A DNA stretch of 64,000 nt from Prevotella sp. (GTDB lineage Bacteria; Bacteroidota; Bacteroidia; Bacteroidales; Dysgonomonadaceae): positions 86,443 to 150,442 of the forward strand of contig JAITVV010000063.1 in assembly GCA_031285625.1 (NCBI GenBank). The letters are read 5' to 3'. The notes under the pieces were generated by a model, which was not told the origin of the DNA, searched no databases, and saw only the letters and a program-made list of their open reading frames with translations. The first letter of the stretch is position 1, and every line of letters starts with the position of its first letter. Shown in pieces: positions 56,995 through 64,000 of the stretch. Both the position numbers and the translations under genes were made by a program.

Positions 56995-59922
56995 ATGAAA
57001 AAAGTTCTGATCACTTTGGCCATCTTTGGAATACTCACAAGTTGCTCAAATACGCCAAAAAGTCCTATTGATTATGTAGATCCGTTTATAGGAACCGGAT
57101 TTCATGGTCACACATATCCCGGAGCTACCACTCCCAATGGGGCAGTACAACTAAGCCCTGATACCCGTACCGGGGACTGGGATGCGTGTTCCGGTTATCA
57201 TTACAGTGATTCTTCTATACTGGGTTTTTCCCATACACATCTTAGTGGCACAGGCTGTGCCGATCTGGGAGATGTACTCTTCCACCCTACAACCAAAGAA
57301 ATAAAACCGGTTCAGAAAGGATATATTTTCGAACCGCTTGCTTTTTCTCACAAAGATGAAAAAGCCTCACCCGGATATTATTCCGTGGAATTCAAAAATG
57401 AAGGAATTAAGGCTGAACTTACAGCCACAACATATGCCGGTGTACACCGTTACACTTTCGAAGAAGGAAAGAATGAAGCCATAATTATAGATATGGCCCA
57501 TGTACTGGCAGAAGAAGTGATAGACTCTCTTGTTATAAAACAATCTGGCAACAACGAAATTTCAGGAATGCGAAGGACACAGGGTTGGGTTACCAATCAA
57601 TATGTATTCTTCGTAGCGCAGTTCTCCAAAGATTTTCATTCGTTTGATCTGGTGAATGACGGGACTATTTTGGATAAAGACACAAAACCAAAAAGCAATA
57701 ATCAGCAGGCAATATTGAAATTTGGCGTTTCCGATGGTACGCCTGTTATCGTTAAAGTAGGTTTTTCTGTAGTCAGTGAAGAAAATGCCCGTAAAAACCT
57801 GAGCCATGATGTGGAAGACTTTGATTTCGATACCGTTCACAATCAGGCTAGAAACCTATGGGCCGAAGCACTTTCAGACATCGTAGTGGAAGGAGGCAGT
57901 GAAGATGACCTGAGAAACTTTTATACAGCCATATATCATTCTAAAGTAGTACCAAACATTATGAATGACGTAAACGGACAATTCCGTCGTCACAATATGA
58001 CTATCGGCACCTTACCCGAAGGGAAAAAATATTACTCTACATTCTCTATCTGGGATACATTCCGTGCATGGAATCCGCTGATTACATTAACTGATACTGT
58101 ATTGGTAAATAACATTATCAATTCTTATCTGGAAATGTACAATACTTCAGGAGGACTCCCTATCTGGCCTTTATCGGCTGGGGAAACCGAAACTATGATC
58201 GGATACCACTCTGTATCGGTAATTGCAGATGCATATATGAAAGGGATACGAGGCTTTGATATCAACAAAGCATATGAAGCAATGAAAGTCTCTTCTGATA
58301 ATAATAAGAAAGGGGCGGACTATTATATCAAATATGGCTTTATTCCCTCCAACATCAAGAAAGAATCAGTTTCCTGCCTGCTCGAATATGCATATGATGA
58401 TTGGTGCATAGCACAAGTAGCAAAAGAACTGGGCAAAGAAGATGATTATAAGCAGTATACAGAAAGAGCTTTGTCTTACATCAATGTATTTGATGGAAAT
58501 ACAAAATTCTTTCGAGGCAAACGTATGGATGGAAACTGGGATGGCCAATTCAATCCATTCGAACCGGGGAGAGCTTATACAGAAGCTACTGCATGGCAAT
58601 ACCGCTTCTTCGTGCCACATGATGTAAACGGATTAATTCAGTTATTTGGAGGGAGAGAGGAATTTACTGCCCAACTGGATAGTCTCTTCATAGTAGAATC
58701 CAAAGTAGACGGTCATATGTCGGATATTACAGGGCTTATCGGGCAATATGCACACGGAAACGAACCAAGCCACCATATGGCATATTTGTACAACTATCTG
58801 GGACAACCGTGGAAAACTCAGGCAATGACCCGCCGGTTACTATCCGAAATGTATCAGCCAACCCCTGAAGGCATTATCGGGAACGAAGATTGCGGCCAGA
58901 TGTCGGCATGGTATATACTCAGTAGTATGGGTATTTATCCTGTTTGCCCCGGATCAAACGAGTTTGCTTTAACCACGCCTTTGTTTGAGAAAGTAACTGT
59001 AAAACTGGCTAATGGCAAAATATTAACTATTACAGCAAACAATCCACAGAAGAATGTTTATATCGATAAAGTATCATTGAATGGAAAAGATATCAGTGTA
59101 AATTATATTACATATCAGGATCTGATGCAGGGCGGTGAACTCAAATTCACACTAACTTCTACTCCCAATGAGGCACGCGGAATTGCAGTAGCGGATTATC
59201 CATATTCGATGACAACAGGTAAAGTTGTATCGATACCTTATACTACAAATGATCTCGACCTGTTTGTTGATAATATCACTGTAGATCTGAATTCTGTAAC
59301 AGAGGATGCAAAAATTTATTATACGCTGGATGGCAAAGAACCAACTGATGAATCAACACTTTATACAGAACCAATAAAATTATCTGCCTCTACTACAATC
59401 AGAACAAGGGCATATAAAAACGGATTCACGCCAAGCCGCATATTCACTATACAGGCTACCAAGGCCATCTTCAAAAATCCTGTAAGGGCTCAGGCAAAAG
59501 AAAACGGTACAAACTTCCGCTACTATGAAGGGTATTACAGCTCGGTAGACCAGATTGAGAAAACACCCCTTGTTGAAAAAGGAATTATGCCCGAACCATC
59601 AATAAAAGATGCAAAACAGGCAGATCATTTTGCCTTTATATTTACAGGTGTTATATTTGTACCTGAGGACGGTATCTATGAGTTTATGACCAAGTCTGAC
59701 GATGGCAGTGTCTTATATATTAACAATATAAAGATAGTAGACAATGACGGTTCACATGCAGCAATTTCTGCAACAGGCCGTATTGCCCTGAAAAAAGGCT
59801 ACCATACATATAAGCTGGCATACTTTGAAGATTACGAAGGAGAAGATCTAAGCTGGGCCTGGAAAAAACCGATGTCTGATAATTTTGAAAACATTCCGCC
59901 ATCTAATTTATTCATCAAATAA
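56995..59922 (+). CDS. GH92 alpha-mannosidase lipoprotein with Fn3-associated and PA14 domains
   Basis: Lipobox LTSC; YVDPFIGT, FSHTHLSGTG, HGNEPSHH, GNEDCGQMSAW; YYTLDGKEP; SDDGS PA14 motif. Confidence 0.94.
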   Translation: MKKVLITLAIFGILTSCSNTPKSPIDYVDPFIGTGFHGHTYPGATTPNGAVQLSPDTRTGDWDACSGYHYSDSSILGFSHTHLSGTGCADLGDVLFHPTTKEIKPVQKGYIFEPLAFSHKDEKASPGYYSVEFKNEGIKAELTATTYAGVHRYTFEEGKNEAIIIDMAHVLAEEVIDSLVIKQSGNNEISGMRRTQGWVTNQYVFFVAQFSKDFHSFDLVNDGTILDKDTKPKSNNQQAILKFGVSDGTPVIVKVGFSVVSEENARKNLSHDVEDFDFDTVHNQARNLWAEALSDIVVEGGSEDDLRNFYTAIYHSKVVPNIMNDVNGQFRRHNMTIGTLPEGKKYYSTFSIWDTFRAWNPLITLTDTVLVNNIINSYLEMYNTSGGLPIWPLSAGETETMIGYHSVSVIADAYMKGIRGFDINKAYEAMKVSSDNNKKGADYYIKYGFIPSNIKKESVSCLLEYAYDDWCIAQVAKELGKEDDYKQYTERALSYINVFDGNTKFFRGKRMDGNWDGQFNPFEPGRAYTEATAWQYRFFVPHDVNGLIQLFGGREEFTAQLDSLFIVESKVDGHMSDITGLIGQYAHGNEPSHHMAYLYNYLGQPWKTQAMTRRLLSEMYQPTPEGIIGNEDCGQMSAWYILSSMGIYPVCPGSNEFALTTPLFEKVTVKLANGKILTITANNPQKNVYIDKVSLNGKDISVNYITYQDLMQGGELKFTLTSTPNEARGIAVADYPYSMTTGKVVSIPYTTNDLDLFVDNITVDLNSVTEDAKIYYTLDGKEPTDESTLYTEPIKLSASTTIRTRAYKNGFTPSRIFTIQATKAIFKNPVRAQAKENGTNFRYYEGYYSSVDQIEKTPLVEKGIMPEPSIKDAKQADHFAFIFTGVIFVPEDGIYEFMTKSDDGSVLYINNIKIVDNDGSHAAISATGRIALKKGYHTYKLAYFEDYEGEDLSWAWKKPMSDNFENIPPSNLFIK

Positions 59923-59932
59923 ACACTATAAA

Positions 59933-60787
59933 ATGAAAAAACTATTTTATTTTCTTGCTGCAGTATTATTGTTGACTTCATGTAATAGTAAGCCAATAGA
60001 CCTGAATGTAATGAGTTTCAATATCCGTTACGATAATCCTGAAGACAGTCTGGATAACTGGCAATACCGGAAAGACATTGCCGCGCAAACAATAAAGAAC
60101 CAGAATGCCGATATCGTAGGAGCGCAGGAGGTACTTGTTAATCAATTGAATGATTTAAAATCCCGTCTTCCAGAATATAATGCCATTGGTGTAGGCCGCA
60201 TTGATGGTGTTGATAAAGGTGAATATAGTGTTATATTGTACAAGAAAGATAGATTTAATGAAATTGAGTCCGGTAATTTCTGGTTAAGTGAAACACCGGA
60301 GGTTGTTGGCTCGCTCGGCTGGGACGGGGCTTGTGAGCGTATTGCCACATGGGCTGTATTAGAAGATACAAGCAGCAAGAAGCAATTCTTCTTTATAAAC
60401 ACACATCTCGATCATGTGGGTAAAGTAGCACGCCAGGAAGGAGTAACTCTTTTACTGGACAGAGCAACAACACTTAGCAAAGGATTGCCAATCATTATGA
60501 CCGGTGACTTTAATGCGACTCCCGATTCTGATGTAATAAAACATGTTACCGACACATCCAATCCTGAGCATTTGATCCACTCTAAAGATATAGCTGTGGA
60601 AAAAAGCGGCACGGAATGGACATTCCACGGTTTTGGAAGGGTACCTATGGAGAGACGCGAATTTATCGATTATGTTTTTGTAAGCAAAGATATTAAAGTC
60701 TTAAAACATAGTGTTCTTCCTGAGAAATCTGACGATAAATTTATCTCAGACCATTCTGTTGTAGTTGCCCAAATAGAGATACAGTAA
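59933..60787 (+). CDS. Endonuclease/exonuclease/phosphatase (EEP) family lipoprotein
   Basis: Start MKKLF at 59933, lipobox LTSC; MSFNIR, GAQEV, NTHLDH, TGDFNA, IDYVF, SDH. Confidence 0.9.
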   Translation: MKKLFYFLAAVLLLTSCNSKPIDLNVMSFNIRYDNPEDSLDNWQYRKDIAAQTIKNQNADIVGAQEVLVNQLNDLKSRLPEYNAIGVGRIDGVDKGEYSVILYKKDRFNEIESGNFWLSETPEVVGSLGWDGACERIATWAVLEDTSSKKQFFFINTHLDHVGKVARQEGVTLLLDRATTLSKGLPIIMTGDFNATPDSDVIKHVTDTSNPEHLIHSKDIAVEKSGTEWTFHGFGRVPMERREFIDYVFVSKDIKVLKHSVLPEKSDDKFISDHSVVVAQIEIQ

Positions 60788-60805
60788 ATTACAGGTTGTT
60801 ACCCT

Positions 60806-60911
60806 CTTTGTCATTGACTACACTTCGTTTCGTCGAAAGTTGTTTCTGAATGTAATGAAGAATCCCGACCCCTCCGGACACGAGATGTTTCACTCCGTTC
60901 AACATGACAAA
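60806..60911. repeat. REP-like palindromic element 1 (about 30-nt insert in left arm)
   Basis: TTTGTCAT...ATGACAAA termini; arms homologous to 62921-63010. Confidence 0.7.
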
Positions 60912-60935
60912 AAACAATCTCAAACAAAATAGGAT

Positions 60936-62906
60936 ATGAAAAATCTTATAAATAGAATATACCATTTCATTTTAATGGTAGGGCTGTTATTTGCCCCAGC
61001 TATTATAAATGCCCAGCAACGGATACTCATCCATTCGCATAACGATTATGAGCAAAGAGTGCCTTTCTATCAGGCCTATGCTCAGCAAGTAGCCTCCATA
61101 GAAGCAGATATCTATACCACCGGAAAAGCGGATGAACTGAAAGTTGCCCATGATCTCAAAGATGTAAATGCAGCTCCTACTCTGGACGATGCTTATATCA
61201 CTCCATTGGTAAACCTCTTTAAGCAAAATGATGGAAAACCATGGAAAAATTCGGATAAGACACTTATACTACTTGTCGATCTGAAAACTCCGGCAAACCC
61301 TACATTAGATATACTCGTTTCCAAGCTGAAAGTATATCCTGATGTTTTCGACCCTACAGTAAACCCGTATGCTGTGAAAGTTATAATATCGGGAAACCGC
61401 CCGCCGGAAAAAGACTATTCAAAATACCCTTCATTCATATCTTTTGATGGCTATAAAACAAGTTATACACTGGAAGAACTGGAAAAGATAGAAATGATAA
61501 GCCTCAATTTCCGTGATTATTCTGTGTGGAATGGTAAGGGAACTATGATAAAAGCGGAGTTTGACAAGGTAATAGAAGCAATAAATAAAGTACATTCCTT
61601 AGGCAAGCCAATCCGTTTCTGGGGCACTCCTGATGGTGTTACTGCTTGGAATACATTCCATACAATTGGGGTAGACTTTATCAATACCGACCGTCCTGAA
61701 GCTTGTGCCGATTATTTCTCACATTTCGACAATAAGAATTATCAGATAGGACAGAATGAAGATGTATCTGACGATGTAGCAAGAGCCAAAAGACTGGATA
61801 GGACAACTGTCGGCTTTCAGGGATTCAATAATAAACTATTGCAATTGTCGAAGGGTATAGAGGTATATACGCCAACCTACAAAAATGATGGTAGTAACAA
61901 ACCAGTAAAAAATATTATATTCCTGATTGGTGATGGAACAGGATTGGCTCAGTTGCAGGCCGGCGCCACCGTTAATAATGCGAATTACAGGAATGGTAAT
62001 GGGTTGACCATCTTCAATATGAAATATGTTGGCCTGCAAAATACCAGTTCGAAAGATGCCTACACAACAGACTCCGCTGCGGGTGGAAGTGCCCTGGCAA
62101 CCGGAGAATTGCACAACAACCGCCATATAAGCATGAGTGAAGATGGCATACCTTATCCTTCGATGACAGATGTAGCATATGATGCGGGGTATGCATGTGG
62201 TGTGGTGACTCTGGGCAATGTAGCTGATGCCACTCCTGCAGCATACTACGGGCATTCTGTAGAAAGGGACAACTCCGATGAGATCACATCATATTTGCTG
62301 GATGGAAAATTAACCTTGCTGAATGGTGCCGGAATGTCTGTTTTCACCAAAAGGAATGATAATAAGGATATACTAGACGAATTGAAAAATCAATACAGAA
62401 TAAGTACTTCTATTGAGGATATTAATACAGATAACAAAAAAGTGATCTGTATTGATGAACGCATGGATCTGGCTGCTTCGGAAGAAACATTATCGATGCT
62501 TGCTGATGCTACTTCTCAGGCCATTCAGAAGTTGACTACTACAAACGACAAAGGATTCTTTCTGATGGTGGAAGGTGCTAAGATAGATTATGCAGGGCAT
62601 GCAAACTCATTTCCGGGTTCTGTAATGGAAACCTTAAGTTTCGATCTGGCAGTAAAAGCGGCTCTTGAATTTGCTGACAGCAATGGTGAAACGCTAGTTG
62701 TAGTAACAGGCGACCACGAAACAGGCGGGCTCACACTAGTAGATGGAAATGTAGAGAAAGGACATCTTACGGCACGTTATATGACTGACGACCATACACC
62801 GTTGATGCTGCCTGTATTTGCATATGGCCCCGGTTCTGCCGAGTTTATGGGTGTGTATAAGAATACACAGATTTTCCATAAGATGAAAAAGATTTTAGGA
62901 TTGTAA
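60936..62906 (+). CDS. Secreted fusion of a PLC-like/GDPD-like phosphodiesterase and an alkaline phosphatase
   Basis: N-part HSHNDY, SIEADI, VAHD, INTD; C-part FLIGDG, TDSAA (catalytic Ser), EGAKIDYAGH, GDHETGG. Confidence 0.88.
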   Translation: MKNLINRIYHFILMVGLLFAPAIINAQQRILIHSHNDYEQRVPFYQAYAQQVASIEADIYTTGKADELKVAHDLKDVNAAPTLDDAYITPLVNLFKQNDGKPWKNSDKTLILLVDLKTPANPTLDILVSKLKVYPDVFDPTVNPYAVKVIISGNRPPEKDYSKYPSFISFDGYKTSYTLEELEKIEMISLNFRDYSVWNGKGTMIKAEFDKVIEAINKVHSLGKPIRFWGTPDGVTAWNTFHTIGVDFINTDRPEACADYFSHFDNKNYQIGQNEDVSDDVARAKRLDRTTVGFQGFNNKLLQLSKGIEVYTPTYKNDGSNKPVKNIIFLIGDGTGLAQLQAGATVNNANYRNGNGLTIFNMKYVGLQNTSSKDAYTTDSAAGGSALATGELHNNRHISMSEDGIPYPSMTDVAYDAGYACGVVTLGNVADATPAAYYGHSVERDNSDEITSYLLDGKLTLLNGAGMSVFTKRNDNKDILDELKNQYRISTSIEDINTDNKKVICIDERMDLAASEETLSMLADATSQAIQKLTTTNDKGFFLMVEGAKIDYAGHANSFPGSVMETLSFDLAVKAALEFADSNGETLVVVTGDHETGGLTLVDGNVEKGHLTARYMTDDHTPLMLPVFAYGPGSAEFMGVYKNTQIFHKMKKILGL

Positions 62907-62920
62907 ATCAATCATACCAT

Positions 62921-63010
62921 CTTTGTCATGCTGAGGCACGAAGCATCTCGACCCTGAAACGTTTTAGTCAAAGAGGCACGAGATTCTTCACTTCGTTCAG
63001 AATGACAAAG
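62921..63010. repeat. REP-like palindromic element 2
   Basis: CTTTGTCATGCTGAGGCACGAAGCATCTCG...CGAGATTCTTCACTTCGTTCAGAATGACAAAG imperfect long inverted repeat. Confidence 0.75.
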
Positions 63011-63040
63011 GGAAGATTAAAATAAACTTCCAACAAAAAA

Positions 63041-64000
63041 GCAGATTTAGGTAGGGCGTAGTGAATTAGCTGACAGAGCGTTCGTTACGCTCTGTTTTGC
63101 TTTATATGGCTACCTATGAAAAACCATATTTCGGCAGAGTAAAGCAAGAGATACGTTACTATCCCGTTACTTGTGGTAGAGCGAAAAAACTTTTCTACAC
63201 GGTTCTTATTCAGCGTATTGCGTAAATTTGCATACCGTTTTATAACTCAATGATAACTAATTTTGTAACCAGAAAAAACATTGAGTTATGAGGTCAACAT
63301 TCAAGGTCTTATTTTATGTGAAGAAAGGCAGCGAGAAACCCAACGGAAACCTGCCTTTGATGTGCCGACTGACAGTGGACGGTGAAGTTAAGCAGTTCAG
63401 TTGCAAGATGGATGTTCCGCTCCGCCTGTGGGATGTAAAGAACAACCGGGCATCGGGTAAGAGTGCGGAAGCGCAGAAAATCAATCTTGCCATCGACCGT
63501 ATCCGTGTGGACGTAAACCGCCGTTATCAGGAACTGATACAGACAGACGGCTATGTTACCGCCGAAAAACTGAAAAATGCCTATCTCGGTATCGGGGTAA
63601 AGCAGGAAACCCTGCTAAAATTGTTCGAGCAACACAATGCCGAATTTGAAAAGAAGGTGGGGTACAGCAGGGCAAAAGGTACATTCTCCCGCTACCGTAC
63701 CGTCTGCAAACACATCAGGGAATTCCTGCCCTTTACCTACCACCGGGAGGATATACCGCTAAGGGAACTTAGCCTTAGTTTTATCAACGACTTCGAGTAT
63801 TTCCTGCGGACAGAGAAAGGATGCCGTACCAATACCGTGTGGGGATATATGATTGTGTTAAAGCACATCATATCCATAGCGAGGAACACAGGGCTGTTGC
63901 CGTTCAATCCCTTTGCCGGATATATCAACAGCCCCGAACACGTGGACAGGGGCTACCTTACGGAGGAAGAAATCCAAACGCTGATAGAGGCTCCGATGAA
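63041..64000 (+). mobile_element. Integrase-proximal end of a CTnDOT-family integrative element (partial)
   Basis: IntDOT-like integrase, visible rise in GC, and a core-site-like junction at 63041-63065. Confidence 0.75.
63288..64000 (+). CDS. Tyrosine recombinase, IntDOT-like (partial; absent from the ORF track)
   Basis: Manual translation MRSTFKVLFYVKKGSEKPNGNLPLMCRLTVDGEVKQFSCKMDVP...EFEKKVG...FINDFEYFLRTEK, open to the window end; arm-binding and SAM-like domains. Confidence 0.9.
   Translation, partial: MRSTFKVLFYVKKGSEKPNGNLPLMCRLTVDGEVKQFSCKMDVPLRLWDVKNNRASGKSAEAQKINLAIDRIRVDVNRRYQELIQTDGYVTAEKLKNAYLGIGVKQETLLKLFEQHNAEFEKKVGYSRAKGTFSRYRTVCKHIREFLPFTYHREDIPLRELSLSFINDFEYFLRTEKGCRTNTVWGYMIVLKHIISIARNTGLLPFNPFAGYINSPEHVDRGYLTEEEIQTLIEAPM

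Noticed and set aside
63222-63231. GTAAATTTGC as the CTn crossover site
   Set aside because: It matches the core consensus but also the TAnnTTTG -7 promoter box about 57 nt before the integrase ATG, and lies inside the element-like DNA; a promoter is the simpler reading

Overview
Low-GC Bacteroidetes chromosomal segment, Dysgonomonas-like by gene style (inference). In order: (1) a mannoside locus (frameshifted GH38, GH92, ROK kinase, MFS transporter, long mannose-6-phosphate isomerase, GntR/HutC regulator) with three copies of a 16-bp near-palindromic operator candidate; (2) an L-rhamnose operon rhaBATD, a Tat-signal Gfo/Idh/MocA gene and an AraC regulator; (3) an AT-rich accessory block downstream of tRNA-Gln(CTG), holding an orphan VgrG / putative effector / two paralogous immunity-like genes / DUF4280-PAAR module, whose vgrG carries one in-frame TAG, plus two beta-propeller lipoproteins; (4) tyrS, two paralogous secreted fibre-like proteins and a convergent HTH regulator; (5) murF, cysK, metY; (6) two back-to-back ECF/FecR-controlled PULs: GH109-GH2-GH97 with a frameshifted SusC and SusD, and SusC-SusD-GH92-EEP-phosphodiesterase/alkaline phosphatase; (7) two REP-like palindromic elements and the integrase end of a CTnDOT-family element. 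All family calls come from motif recognition by eye, not database searches.
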